This document shows, piece by piece, positions 10,543 to 21,845 of a stretch of DNA of 64,000 nucleotides (position 1 is its first letter; every line of letters starts with the position of its first letter). Below the pieces are notes generated by a model, which did no database searches, was not told the origin of the DNA, and saw only the letters and a list, made by a program, of their open reading frames with translations. Source of the DNA: Methanocaldococcus sp. 28A (lineage in GTDB: Archaea > AGJL01 > Methanococci > Methanococcales > Methanocaldococcaceae); NCBI GenBank assembly GCA_049852185.1, contig CP187540.1; one strand, 5' to 3'. The translations under genes were made by a program, and so were the position numbers.

Positions 10543-10893
10543 GGGGTCTGTCCAATATGGACAAATATAGACAAACGTCCATATTGGACTTGGGCGTCAT
10601 CAGCCTCATCTCCCTCTGGGTTCATCGGGAGCATATCATTGGTCTCCGCCCCTGTCATGGACATAAAAACCGTAAGGTTTTTAAGTTCTCGTCGCTTCGC
10701 TCCGAGAGAACCCCAGCTCCTCCCATCAATTAATATTCGATAATAACTGCCACTCTTGGGACTCCATTTTACTCCCGCATCTGGGGCAGTTATAATCCTC
10801 ATTTCTTATATATACCCACATATAAATCTTTCGGTAATGAAAATCTATAAATGTCTATATTTGTCTATGGAAAATTAAACAGTTCCAAACGGC
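10543..10893 (-). mobile_element. Non-autonomous IS607/TnpB-derived cassette, copy 1
   Basis: GC-rich ~350 bp unit repeated at 49341-49665. It has no terminal IR, GG at both ends on the plus strand, and inverted subterminal TGTCTATATTTGTC motifs. A residual zinc-finger reading YNCPRCGSKM is followed by a multi-hairpin region. Confidence 0.65.
10545..10727 (-). ncRNA. Putative omegaRNA / HgcC-like structured RNA
   Basis: High-GC island with hairpins GTTCTC..GAGAAC, TAAAAACC-TTAC-GGTTTTTA and GTCCAATATGGAC..GTCCATATTGGAC. Covariation is seen against copy 2. Boundaries are approximate. Confidence 0.6.
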
Positions 10894-10897
10894 AATT

Positions 10898-11011
10898 TAT
10901 AGTTGTGTGCAAAATAAAATAAACTTTTATAAGGACAATTTGAATGCCTTCCATAATGAAGGCATTCACTAATTCCTTATTTTATTTAAAAAACTTTTGC
11001 ACACAACTATA
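10898..11011. repeat. Palindromic repeat family A copy
   Basis: Perfect 17-bp TIR TATAGTTGTGTGCAAAA, internal GAATGCCTTC-CATAAT-GAAGGCATTC. Confidence 0.92.
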
Positions 11012-11027
11012 ATTAATTAGTGGGAAC

Positions 11028-11498
11028 ATGATAATAAGAAAATTTACATCTAATGATTTAGATGCTGTTGAAGAAATTGAAAAAGAAGCATTTAAAACTC
11101 CTTATCCTACTGAGTTAATTTTAGGAATATGGGCTATGTATCCAAACTGTTTTTATGTGGCAGAAGTTGATAGAAAAGTTGTTGGCTATATTTTAGGAAG
11201 TATGGATTGGGGAAATGGACATATTGTATCTTTAGCAGTAAAAAAGGAATATAGAGGACTTGGAATAGGAACGGCTTTATTAAAAACATTAGAAAACTAT
11301 TATTTCAATGTAGCTAATTGTAATTATATAGTTTTGGAGGTTAGAGTTTCAAACATTGTTGCAAGAAAATTTTATTATAAGATGGGTTATAAAGATAGAA
11401 AGCTCCTTCCAAAATATTATGAAGATGGAGAAGATGCCATACTAATGATAAAAAAGAAACCTAATGCTTTAGGACCATTAATAATAACCTTATGGTGA
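11028..11498 (+). CDS. N-terminal acetyltransferase (RimI/Ard1-like GNAT)
   Basis: GHIVSLAV..YRGLGIG, LEVRVSN and YYEDGEDA motifs. Confidence 0.9.
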   Translation: MIIRKFTSNDLDAVEEIEKEAFKTPYPTELILGIWAMYPNCFYVAEVDRKVVGYILGSMDWGNGHIVSLAVKKEYRGLGIGTALLKTLENYYFNVANCNYIVLEVRVSNIVARKFYYKMGYKDRKLLPKYYEDGEDAILMIKKKPNALGPLIITLW

Positions 11499-11504
11499 TT
11501 TAAA

Positions 11505-12218
11505 ATGATAATAATTCCTGCAGTTGATTTAAAAGATAAAAAGTGTGTTCAATTAATTCAAGGAGACCCTAATAAAAAGCATTTGGAGATAGATAATCCA
11601 GTCGAAGTTGCTAAAAAATTTGTAAATGAAGGGGCTGAGTATTTGCACATAGTTGATTTAGATGCTGCATTGGGGAGTGGGAATAACAGAGATATTATTA
11701 AAAATATTATAAAAGAAGTTAATGTGCCTGTTGAAGTTGGAGGAGGAATTAGAAGCTTAGAGATAGCAAAAGAATTAGTAAATATTGGAGTTGATAGAAT
11801 TGTAGTAGGAACTAAGGCAATTTTAGAGCCAAAATTTATAGATGAGTTAAATAAAGAGATTGGAAAGGATAGGATTGTTTTAGCTGTAGAATGTAAAAAT
11901 GGAAAAGTAGCAGTTAAAGGATGGAAAGAAACTATTGATAAAACTCCAATTCAAGTTATTAAAAAATTTGAAGATAAAATTGGCTATATATTATTTACAA
12001 ATGTAGATGTTGAAGGTTTGTTAAAAGGAATAAATATTAATGTAATTAAAGAAATAATAGATAAAACAGACATTCCTATTATTTATTCTGGTGGAATTAC
12101 TACCTTAGAGGATATAAAAGCATTAAAAGAACTTGGCATTCATGGAGTAGTTATTGGTTCAGCGCTATATAAAGGGTTGATTGATTTAAAGGAGGCTATA
12201 AAAATAGCTAAAAGTTAA
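11505..12218 (+). CDS. hisA: ProFAR isomerase
   Basis: IIPAVDL, HIVDLD, EVGGGIR and SGGI motifs. Confidence 0.95.
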   Translation: MIIIPAVDLKDKKCVQLIQGDPNKKHLEIDNPVEVAKKFVNEGAEYLHIVDLDAALGSGNNRDIIKNIIKEVNVPVEVGGGIRSLEIAKELVNIGVDRIVVGTKAILEPKFIDELNKEIGKDRIVLAVECKNGKVAVKGWKETIDKTPIQVIKKFEDKIGYILFTNVDVEGLLKGININVIKEIIDKTDIPIIYSGGITTLEDIKALKELGIHGVVIGSALYKGLIDLKEAIKIAKS

Positions 12219-12263
12219 AAACCACAAAACGTAGTTTCTATTTAAATACAATTCTATTTAAAA

Positions 12264-14177
12264 TCACTGAATATCCACATATATATCCCTACCCTCATCC
12301 ATTGCATCTAAAAGTTCTTTACCTACCTTTGTTTTTTTGTTTATCCTTACTGTTCCATCATTTCTAACAGTTACAGTTGTTAATAACTTTCCATCTATGT
12401 ATATCTTTATATTCTCTCCTGCAAAGTCTTCTCCAACATCCACAATTACATATTTATCAGTTTCATAAATCTTTGTTGATTCAAGCTCATTTACAAATTC
12501 ATACTTTCTATATATTCTTTCTAAATCTTTTTCTTCTTCTTTTTCCTTTTCTTTGACTGAAATCTTTAATCCAAGCATGTCTTCTAATTTTGATATCTCT
12601 CTACCACCTTTACCTATAATTGCTCCAACATATTTCTCTGGAACAATTAAATCAATTGAATTATCTCCAGTAACTTTTACCATTGGCTTGGCTTTTCTTG
12701 GAAGGAGTTTTTTCAATATCTCCTCCAATTTCTCTTCAGCATATCCATATATTGGTGCTTTTTTAGTATCTTCTCCTTTAATTGGCATAACAACTACTTG
12801 CTCTCCATAGGTATAGATTTCATACTCAACTTTTCCAGTTTCAAAGTCTTTAACTTCAATAACTGGCCTTGCCAAATCTTCTTCAACCATTCCATAAGGC
12901 ACTTTAACTGTAAAGTCTATTTCATAAACCTTCTGTATTTTTCCATCCTTTATGAATATCACTGTATCAACAACTTGCGGAATAACTCCAAGCTCAACTC
13001 TCCCAATTAATCTTTGTATAGCATCTATTGGTTTTGAGGCATGAACTACCCCAACCATTCCTACTCCAGCCATTCTCATGTCTGCAAATATCTCAAAGTC
13101 TCTTGTCTTTCTAACTTCATCATAAATTGTGTAATCTGGTCTAACTAACAATAATATGTCGCAAGTCTTTTCCATATCTCCTTCCAATGGGGCATATTGA
13201 GTTATTTCCTTACTAACCTGTAAATCTCTTGGACTTTCCATTGTCTTAACTATCTTTCCTTGACTTCTATAAAACTCTGCTAAAGCAGCAACAAATGTAG
13301 ATTTTCCGCTTCCTGGAGGTCCTGAGACAAAAATCCCTTCTGCTCTTTCTTTTAATCTCTGCATTAATTTCTCTGACAATCCATAATCCTCCAATGAAGC
13401 TTTAACTACTGGTCTAACTGCTGTAACTTCCAAAGCCTCAGAAAATGGAGGTCTTGCAATTGAAATCCTGATATTACCTAACTGAATAACTGTAGCTCCT
13501 TTTCTCTGAATTTCAAAGAATCCATTGTTTTGTTCAGCATACTTTATAATGTTGTCAATAATCTCTTCCATTTCTTCTTTAGTTAGCTCTTTATCTCCAA
13601 TAGGTACAAGCTTTACAGCTCCTGGCTTACCTTTTTTAGCATAAGGATGACAACCCTCTTTTAAATGCACAGACATTGTTTCTTCATCAAAGTATTTATC
13701 TAATACAAGCTCAACTTCTTCTTCCATAGCTTCTAAGAAGTATGCTTCAATACCCTGTGCTTTAGCTAAGTTGTACTGAATCCAATCACTTGTTAATAAT
13801 ATAGAGTTTGTCTCTTTAGCTACTTTTCTAATCATTGCATCTATCTCTCCACTTTTTGCTAAAAATATCTCTTCTCTTGTAGGTCTTTCTCCAAAGTATT
13901 CAACTTTAATGTTATGTTCGTTAGCTTTCTCTATTAATTTTCTAAGCTCTTCGATTCCTTTATATCCAATTTCTCTTCCCATATTTGCTTGATATTCTAA
14001 TTCAGATATTACAGCCTCTGGAATAATTATTGTAGCATCTTTTAATTTGTTTTTTTCAATTAATTCAGTTATTCTGCCATCTATAACTACACATGTATCA
14101 ACACAAACCTTTTTTCCGATTAAATCTAATTCATCTATAGACTTTGTTTCCATTTTCTTTCTTTCTTCAAGATTCAT
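12264..14177 (-). CDS. PIN domain + P-loop ATPase + KH protein (PINA family)
   Basis: N-terminal PIN (VDTCVVID), Walker A GPPGSGKST, KH motif IIGKGG. Confidence 0.9.
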   Translation of the reverse strand: MNLEERKKMETKSIDELDLIGKKVCVDTCVVIDGRITELIEKNKLKDATIIIPEAVISELEYQANMGREIGYKGIEELRKLIEKANEHNIKVEYFGERPTREEIFLAKSGEIDAMIRKVAKETNSILLTSDWIQYNLAKAQGIEAYFLEAMEEEVELVLDKYFDEETMSVHLKEGCHPYAKKGKPGAVKLVPIGDKELTKEEMEEIIDNIIKYAEQNNGFFEIQRKGATVIQLGNIRISIARPPFSEALEVTAVRPVVKASLEDYGLSEKLMQRLKERAEGIFVSGPPGSGKSTFVAALAEFYRSQGKIVKTMESPRDLQVSKEITQYAPLEGDMEKTCDILLLVRPDYTIYDEVRKTRDFEIFADMRMAGVGMVGVVHASKPIDAIQRLIGRVELGVIPQVVDTVIFIKDGKIQKVYEIDFTVKVPYGMVEEDLARPVIEVKDFETGKVEYEIYTYGEQVVVMPIKGEDTKKAPIYGYAEEKLEEILKKLLPRKAKPMVKVTGDNSIDLIVPEKYVGAIIGKGGREISKLEDMLGLKISVKEKEKEEEKDLERIYRKYEFVNELESTKIYETDKYVIVDVGEDFAGENIKIYIDGKLLTTVTVRNDGTVRINKKTKVGKELLDAMDEGRDIYVDIQ

Positions 14178-14409
14178 ACATGTCACCTTCAATAAATATG
14201 ATTTAGAATTAAGATGATGAATTGAACAATTACAATTATATTATTTAAATGGTTTTGCCATTTAAACATTTTTTTAGAATTAAATATTTTTTTAGATAAA
14301 TTAATAACCCCTATCAGAAATTTTTACCTCTATAAATATTTTTCGATTTGTAGTAAATAGAAAACTTAATTATTATATAAAATGGTAATATAATAATTGT
14401 TGTGAATAC

Positions 14410-14502
14410 ACAGGACTTTCGCAGGAATAAATATATTTGTATGAAAAGATTTCTAAAGGTGTCAAAGTTCTAAAATAATAAAATTAATTGCGAAAGTCCT
14501 GT
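14410..14502. repeat. Palindromic repeat family B copy upstream of mer
   Basis: Perfect IR ACAGGACTTTCGCA...TGCGAAAGTCCTGT. Confidence 0.88.
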
Positions 14503-14504
14503 AA

Positions 14505-15521
<1,017 letters not shown>

Positions 15522-15544
15522 ATTAAGAGAATAAAACTCCCTAA

Positions 15545-15578
15545 ATTTTTTCTTTTTTATCTTCTTTTATCTTTTTTA
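15545..15578 (+). terminator. Oligo-T terminator after mer
   Basis: Consecutive T-runs 25-55 nt after the stop codon. Confidence 0.55.
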
Positions 15579-15589
15579 GTATAATATCT

Positions 15590-15780
15590 ATGAAAAAGCT
15601 ATTTTTTATTTTTATAATTGCTGTTTTGCTGTTTGGATGCATTACAAAATAAAACAAAAAATATAATAATGAAATAATAATGAAATAAATTATATCAAAA
15701 CAAATAAAACTTTAAAAAAATGAAAATTTGTTTCAATAGGTTTTTCTCATGAATAAACATTCAGAAGCCTAAGAAAAGAC
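15590..15780 (+). pseudogene. Remnant of a lipoprotein gene
   Basis: ATG at 15590 gives MKKLFFIFIIAVLLFGCITK then a stop (signal peptide with lipobox Cys), followed by Asn/Lys-rich decayed sequence. Confidence 0.5.
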
Positions 15781-15785
15781 TCTTC

Positions 15786-16865
15786 TTAATCTAAAATTTT
15801 ATATAAAGTAGTTCTTTCTTTGGGGATTAGCCCTACTCTTCTAATCATATCTTTAATTTCTTCAACACTCATATAAACACCATGTTCAGCTCCAGCACTT
15901 CTTGATATATTCTCCTCTATTAAAGTTCCTCCTACATCATTAGCTCCACATCTTAAAGCAACTTGAACCATCTTTTTTCCCAATTTAACCCATGATGCCT
16001 GGATGTTTTTTATTAATCCTTTAAATATTATTCTACTGATTGCATATACTTTTAAATCTTCAATCCCTGTAGCCCCAGCTCTTGCTTTTCCTTCTTTATA
16101 GATTGGAGCAAATTTATACATAAAAGAGAGAGGAACAAATTCAGTAAAGCCATGAGTTTCTTTTTGAATTTCTCTAATTATAAAAAGATGATTAACTATA
16201 TGTTTATACTCTTCGATATGTCCATACATAATAGTAGCTGTTGTAGGAATTCCTAATTTATGAGCTTCTTTAATTATATAAATCCACTCTTTAGTTTTTA
16301 TTTTATTTGGACAAAGTTCAGCTCTTATTTCGTCATCTAAAATCTCTGCCGCAGTTCCTGGCATAGAGTTGAGACCATTTTCTTTTAATATTTTTAATGC
16401 TTCTTTAATATCTAAGCCAGCATTTTCTGCTCCAAAATAAACTTCCATAGGTGAAAATGCGTGAATATGTATGTTTCCATAAGGTTTTGTAGCTTCATGA
16501 ACAGCTTTTAAAATCTCTGCTTGATAATAGGTGTCTATCTTAGGATGCAATCCTCCCTGAATACATACTTCAGTACAACCAAATTTTTTTGCCTCTACAG
16601 CTCTTTTAGCAATTTCATCAATATCTAAAAAATAAGCATGTTTATCATTTTCATTAGCCCTGAAAGCACAAAATTTGCAGTTTCCAATACAAATGTTTGT
16701 AAAGTTTATATTTCTATTTACCACATAGGTAACTACATCTCCAACTTCTTCTCTTCTCAGAGAATCTGCAAATTTAAACAGGTCAAATATATTTTCATTA
16801 TCTTCAAACAACTCTAAAGCTTCTTTTTTTGAGATTTCTTTTTCTTTAAATTTTTCAAAATCCAT
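15786..16865 (-). CDS. cofH: FO synthase subunit 2
   Basis: NINFTNICIGNCKFCAF, PGTAAEIL, NIQASWVK and GANDVGGT motifs. Confidence 0.93.
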   Translation of the reverse strand: MDFEKFKEKEISKKEALELFEDNENIFDLFKFADSLRREEVGDVVTYVVNRNINFTNICIGNCKFCAFRANENDKHAYFLDIDEIAKRAVEAKKFGCTEVCIQGGLHPKIDTYYQAEILKAVHEATKPYGNIHIHAFSPMEVYFGAENAGLDIKEALKILKENGLNSMPGTAAEILDDEIRAELCPNKIKTKEWIYIIKEAHKLGIPTTATIMYGHIEEYKHIVNHLFIIREIQKETHGFTEFVPLSFMYKFAPIYKEGKARAGATGIEDLKVYAISRIIFKGLIKNIQASWVKLGKKMVQVALRCGANDVGGTLIEENISRSAGAEHGVYMSVEEIKDMIRRVGLIPKERTTLYKILD

Positions 16866-16909
16866 AGTTTCACACTTGAATATTTTTAATTAATATAAAA
16901 ATAAATTAA

Positions 16910-17311
16910 TTACTTCTTATTTTTCATTTTTTCATTGGAATAATATTCTTCAGTTATTTTTAATTCTCCATTCTCTATTTTGTAATGGAAGCAGGAATAA
17001 TAACCTTCATGGCATGCTACTCCTTTCTGTTCAACGATAAATAATAAAGCATCCCCATCACAATCTCTATAAAATCTCTTTAATTTTTGGACATTTCCAC
17101 TCTCTTCTCCTTTTTTCCATAATTTTTTCCTACTTGTTGAATAGTAGTGCATATAACCTGTTTTTAATGTTTCTTTTAATGCCTCTTCATTCATAAATGC
17201 TGTCATTAATACATTTTTGTTTTCATCACAGGTTATTGCTAATATTAATTTTTCTCCCTCTATATTTCTAAATTTTAAGTTTAATTTTTTAATTATCTCA
17301 TCAATATCCAT
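16910..17311 (-). CDS. hisI: Phosphoribosyl-AMP cyclohydrolase
   Basis: [14 protein letters not shown] and [10 protein letters not shown] motifs. Confidence 0.95.
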   Translation of the reverse strand: MDIDEIIKKLNLKFRNIEGEKLILAITCDENKNVLMTAFMNEEALKETLKTGYMHYYSTSRKKLWKKGEESGNVQKLKRFYRDCDGDALLFIVEQKGVACHEGYYSCFHYKIENGELKITEEYYSNEKMKNKK

Positions 17312-17316
17312 AAAAA

Positions 17317-18822
17317 TCACCAGTCATCTAAGCCCAACCATTCTCCAACTATATTTATATCTTTCCCACCATATATTCCATCAAATTTATCAATTTTAAC
17401 TATTGATGGGAGAGATATTGCTGTTCCAACGATAATAGCCTCCCCAATACCTAATGAAGCTAAGTCTTTCACTAAATCTTCTCCCAATTCTTCTGAAGCT
17501 CTCTGAATATATTTTTGGTCTTCTGGTTCTACTATCTTTAAGATTATTTTAGTGTTTGTTTGAGATAAAACATCAGGATGTAGTTGCTTAGGTCTTTGAG
17601 ATACTAATCCCAAACCAATTCCAAATTTTCTACCCTCTCTTGCTATTTTTCCTAACCATAAACTTGCTGAGGTTTGTTCATTTATTGGGATGAATATGTG
17701 TGCCTCTTCAACTATAATTAATAGTGGCCTTGTAACAATTTTATAGTGTTCTTTAATAGTTCTTAGATTAGATAAAGCTATTGTTTTTATTTTTTCATTT
17801 GGATAATTTACATCTTTTAATGATTTTAAGTATAATACTCTTTTTGATAGAATATGTTTCGCTATAAAGCTGACAAGAGTTATCATCTGATGAACCTCTA
17901 ATCCACTTAAATTAACAACATTTATTTTTCCAATTTCAAATTCTTCAATCATATCTTTGTCTCCAATATACAAAGCAAAATCTATCATAAACTTACCGAT
18001 AATATCATATAAAGAAATAATATTAATAAAATCTTTTTCTCCAGGTTTTCGTCTGTCATATTTTCTTTTTAGAGGGTTGTAGTATTTAATTTCCCATCCA
18101 ACTTCTGCTGATTTACTCCATTCGTACAACAAATTTTCTAACTTTTCAATAAACTCCATTCCCCTAATATTTGGGAATTCTTTTTTTACTGTATGATAAG
18201 CATATTCAAGATAAACTCTTTTATCAAAGTCATCTTTTTGTAATCCAATTAAATCAGAAAGTTCTTCTGGAGATAATATTGAAGGATTTATTATAGGATG
18301 AATTACTTTAACCTTTCCTTCTAAATCTTCATGATATAAAGTAGAATATTCACCATGAGGGTCCAAAACAATTAAACTTGCATTCTTTTTCCCCAATTCT
18401 TTACATAAAACAGCTACTGTGTTTGATTTACCTCCCCCAGTTACAGCCAAAACTGCAAAATGTCTTGAAATAAGTTTATTTGTGTCTAAATAAACTCTAA
18501 CATTTTCCCTTGTTAATAAATGTCCAATATTTAATCCATTTTTAGCATAGAAAATATTATTTAAAATTAGGTCATCACAAAATTTAACTTCTCCATTGGG
18601 TTTAATTGGACTTCTATTTACAGATATTTTATTGTTATTTAAAACGCCTATAACTTTTGCTTCACAAATAAACTTATCATCATTTTCAGCAACAACATTT
18701 TTTACAATTGCTAAAACATCTTCATCATCAGTATTTTTTGCAATAACATACTCCCCAAACCTTACTTTCTCTAAAGATTCAAAGGTAAAATTTGAATTTG
18801 TGGTTTTTCCAGTTACCTTCAT
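17317..18822 (-). CDS. HerA/FtsK-like ATPase (HAS barrel + DUF87)
   Basis: [26 protein letters not shown] and AREGRKFG...SQRP motifs. Confidence 0.9.
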   Translation of the reverse strand: MKVTGKTTNSNFTFESLEKVRFGEYVIAKNTDDEDVLAIVKNVVAENDDKFICEAKVIGVLNNNKISVNRSPIKPNGEVKFCDDLILNNIFYAKNGLNIGHLLTRENVRVYLDTNKLISRHFAVLAVTGGGKSNTVAVLCKELGKKNASLIVLDPHGEYSTLYHEDLEGKVKVIHPIINPSILSPEELSDLIGLQKDDFDKRVYLEYAYHTVKKEFPNIRGMEFIEKLENLLYEWSKSAEVGWEIKYYNPLKRKYDRRKPGEKDFINIISLYDIIGKFMIDFALYIGDKDMIEEFEIGKINVVNLSGLEVHQMITLVSFIAKHILSKRVLYLKSLKDVNYPNEKIKTIALSNLRTIKEHYKIVTRPLLIIVEEAHIFIPINEQTSASLWLGKIAREGRKFGIGLGLVSQRPKQLHPDVLSQTNTKIILKIVEPEDQKYIQRASEELGEDLVKDLASLGIGEAIIVGTAISLPSIVKIDKFDGIYGGKDINIVGEWLGLDDW

Positions 18823-18854
18823 ATCTATCTCCCTAACATATAGAAATTAATAAT

Positions 18855-20573
18855 TTAAATGATAATTATCTTACTTAGTTCTTTTTTACATATTTCTAAA
18901 ATTTCCTCGCTTGGTTTATAATTGTTTAGGGATTCACAATACTTATACATTTCAATAGGTAACTTTTCTTTCAATTCTTTAATAAGTTTAAGAATAGCTT
19001 TTGATATTTCTTCATCTTCAATTTCTGTAATTATCTCTGACGTTTCAAGGTATGAAATATATATAAATGCTCCAATCGGATTTATATTAATATATCGGTA
19101 TAAGGTTGAAAGATGATATTGGATATGGTTTGGTTTATAATACATTACTGGAACATTTAATAGCGGGGAAGGAATTTCTAAGTTTGTTGGCTCTCTATTC
19201 ATTAATTTCTTAACTATTTCTTCAGCTTCATCATTTTGCAATAACTTTTTTAACTTCATAGCCATTGAAATAGCGTCATCAAACTTACCTGATTTTTCAT
19301 AGATAACTATTAGAGATTTCAATATATTAATATCATTTGAATCTATCCTTAATGCATTTATAAAGCATTCATGAGCTTCTTTATAATTTTTTAATTTGTA
19401 ATATATATATCCTTTAATTTTCCACCATTTGCTATTTTCTGGGTCTCTATCTAATAATTTGTTTATATATGATAGAGCTCCTTCATAATATTTTGAAATC
19501 TCAGTAATTTCTCCCAATCCAATTAATGAGTATATTGTTAAAACATCTATATCATTCTTAGATAAATCACTGTATGATTCCAATACCTTATCAAAAAAAA
19601 CTGTTGCTTTTTCAAAATCTTTTCTTTTATAATATAATATTGCTAAACCAAAATAAGCATAAATATTAGGATATAACTCTATAGATTTTTTATAGCAAGC
19701 TTCAGCTTCTAAACTATCCATTTTGCTTAAAATATCTCCTTTTTTAGCATAATATATACTTTTTTTTAATATAGATATTGCTTTATCTATATATTTAAGT
19801 GCTTTCTGATAATCTTCAAAAATCTCAGATACTACACTTTTGTAATAATAAGCAAAATCATTGGTATTATCTATTGAGATTACTTTATTAAAATGTTTTA
19901 AGGCATTTATATAATCCCCTTTATCTAACATTCTAATTCCAAACTCTATATTTTCATAAATATCAGTGTTTATAATTTCAATAATTTTTTCCATATAATC
20001 AACAATTTTCTTACATTTATGATTAGGTTCTTTTTCTAAAATTTCTTTAAATAATTTATAAGCATTATCTATATCTCCCAATAGTAAAGATATTTTTCCG
20101 GCCATATACAATGCATCAATATTATTTTCGTTTAATTTATATGCTTTTAAGTAATAATCTAAGGCCTCTTTATATTTTTTAAATTTTAATGAGAGCTCTC
20201 CTAATACTTCATACAAATCACTTTTCTTTATTTTCGTTGAAGCTTTAATAAAGCATTTATATGCTTCTTCAAAATTTTTAAGTTTGTAGAGTATAGAACC
20301 CTTCAAATACAAAAATTCTGGATTTTCAGATGATAGATGTAATGCTTTATTTATTGCTTCAAGGGCCTTTTCATAATTATTTAAATTATAATATGCATAA
20401 GAGAGATTAGCCCAGTCTATTGCTCTCATATTATTAGTTTTTATAGCTTTTAGATAACATTCTATTGCTTTTTCATAATTTTCTTCATCTAAATATCTCT
20501 CTGCTTTTATAATCCAATCATACGAATTTTCATTGTATATTAATACATTCAAAAATTTTTTAAGTGGTCCCAT
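18855..20573 (-). CDS. Tetratricopeptide repeat protein
   Basis: Many 34-aa TPR units (e.g. KGYIYYKLKNYKEAHECFINAL). Confidence 0.88.
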   Translation of the reverse strand: MGPLKKFLNVLIYNENSYDWIIKAERYLDEENYEKAIECYLKAIKTNNMRAIDWANLSYAYYNLNNYEKALEAINKALHLSSENPEFLYLKGSILYKLKNFEEAYKCFIKASTKIKKSDLYEVLGELSLKFKKYKEALDYYLKAYKLNENNIDALYMAGKISLLLGDIDNAYKLFKEILEKEPNHKCKKIVDYMEKIIEIINTDIYENIEFGIRMLDKGDYINALKHFNKVISIDNTNDFAYYYKSVVSEIFEDYQKALKYIDKAISILKKSIYYAKKGDILSKMDSLEAEACYKKSIELYPNIYAYFGLAILYYKRKDFEKATVFFDKVLESYSDLSKNDIDVLTIYSLIGLGEITEISKYYEGALSYINKLLDRDPENSKWWKIKGYIYYKLKNYKEAHECFINALRIDSNDINILKSLIVIYEKSGKFDDAISMAMKLKKLLQNDEAEEIVKKLMNREPTNLEIPSPLLNVPVMYYKPNHIQYHLSTLYRYININPIGAFIYISYLETSEIITEIEDEEISKAILKLIKELKEKLPIEMYKYCESLNNYKPSEEILEICKKELSKIIII

Positions 20574-20579
20574 AATTCC

Positions 20580-21569
20580 TCACCAAATTTTATGTCCAAC
20601 GTTATTTGCTTTAGTTATGATTATATCTCCATAACTTCCATATTTATCAAAAACTTCATTAGCTTTTTCAATAATTAATTTTTTATTCTCAAAGGCATAA
20701 ATTGTTGGACCAAAACTTGAAAGTCCTGCATAAACATTTTCATTATGTAATTCTTTAATTAAATCTTTGACAATATCTGACTGTAAATTAAGTTCAACTT
20801 TTTTAAAGCCTAAATATTGAAGTTTATTAACAACATCTCCAAAATCATCTAAATTTTTTTCAATAACTGCAGGCATCATCTTCATTAAAACTAAATGGCA
20901 GATTTTTTCAACTTCATTTAAAGGAACTGGACAGTATTTTTTAAATATATCTACTTCTTTTTTTCCATAAACATTTTTTCCTTTTGGTATTATTAAGATA
21001 GTCTCCCAATAAAAATCATGTCTAAATATTATGGGTGCTGGTTTAACGCCTTTTGAAGCTGAAGATGGTTTAAAATCCTCCTTATCTTTACCTTTACCAA
21101 AACTATGCCCTCCGTCAATTAAAAATCCTCCATATTCAAAAGCTCCTATCCCAATGCCTGACGTTCCTCCCCTCCCAGTAATTTTAGCTAATTCATAGGC
21201 GTTCATATCTTTATTATATATTTTTGTTATCAATTTACCAACAGCTAAAGATAGTTGAGTTCCACTACCTAAACCAGAATGAGCTGGAAATAACGATAAG
21301 ATTTTTAAATCAATCCCTTCTCCATTAACAACTTCTAAAACCTTAGTGGCTGTGTTATATATCCTATCTTTAATAGATTTTAAATAACTGTAACCAAACT
21401 TTTCAATCAATTTTTTATCAAACTCAATATTTATTTCATCACTTTCTTTTCCCTCAATTTCTATATTTGGCTCTTCTAAAGCTAAACCAATACCTCCATC
21501 TACTCTTCCAATTGAACCATTTAAATCAATAAGTCCAATATGAATTCTTGATGGTGTTTGAATTATCAA
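20580..21569 (-). CDS. mptG: Beta-RFAP synthase (methanopterin biosynthesis, GHMP-like)
   Basis: PSRIHIGLIDL, HSGLGSGTQ, GRGGTSGIG and SSFGPT motifs. Confidence 0.9.
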   Translation of the reverse strand: MIIQTPSRIHIGLIDLNGSIGRVDGGIGLALEEPNIEIEGKESDEINIEFDKKLIEKFGYSYLKSIKDRIYNTATKVLEVVNGEGIDLKILSLFPAHSGLGSGTQLSLAVGKLITKIYNKDMNAYELAKITGRGGTSGIGIGAFEYGGFLIDGGHSFGKGKDKEDFKPSSASKGVKPAPIIFRHDFYWETILIIPKGKNVYGKKEVDIFKKYCPVPLNEVEKICHLVLMKMMPAVIEKNLDDFGDVVNKLQYLGFKKVELNLQSDIVKDLIKELHNENVYAGLSSFGPTIYAFENKKLIIEKANEVFDKYGSYGDIIITKANNVGHKIW

Positions 21570-21605
21570 AATCTCACCATTATTAATGTTTTAAAGATAA
21601 TAACA

Positions 21606-21710
21606 TAGGATTTTAGAGAAAATACTTTCTTAATGCATATTGGTATCCATTAGGTATCTAACTAAACATTCATTAAATTCATTAAATAAATATAAACTGC
21701 AAAACTCCTA
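21606..21710. repeat. Palindromic repeat family B, degenerate copy
   Basis: Ends TAGGATTTTAGAG...CTGCAAAACTCCTA, internal GGTATCCATTAGGTATC. Confidence 0.55.
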
Positions 21711-21798
21711 TAAAATTAAGGAATTAGAGAATGCCTTCTTTATGGAAGGTATTCAATATTTCCTTTTTAAAGTTTATTTTATTTTGCACACAACTATA
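21711..21798. repeat. Palindromic repeat family A copy lacking its left end
   Basis: GAATGCCTTC-N6-GAAGGTATTC and right end TTTTGCACACAACTATA. Confidence 0.85.
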
Positions 21799-21845
21799 AT
21801 TAGATGTTCTATAAATTATGAATAAAAAAATAAAAATTTTAGACT

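Noticed and set aside
10452-10802. 116-aa ORF on the minus strand
   Set aside because: It runs through the structured RNA cassette and overlaps ogt. Copy 2 lacks the ATG and has indels, and the only protein-like relic (CPRCG) is in another frame.
18420-18435. Self-targeting of HerA genes by spacer 6402-6441
   Set aside because: Only about 11 nt (TTTGATTTACC) are shared, which reflects common Walker A codons.
21640-21825. 61-aa ORF
   Set aside because: It lies almost entirely within the composite B+A repeat.
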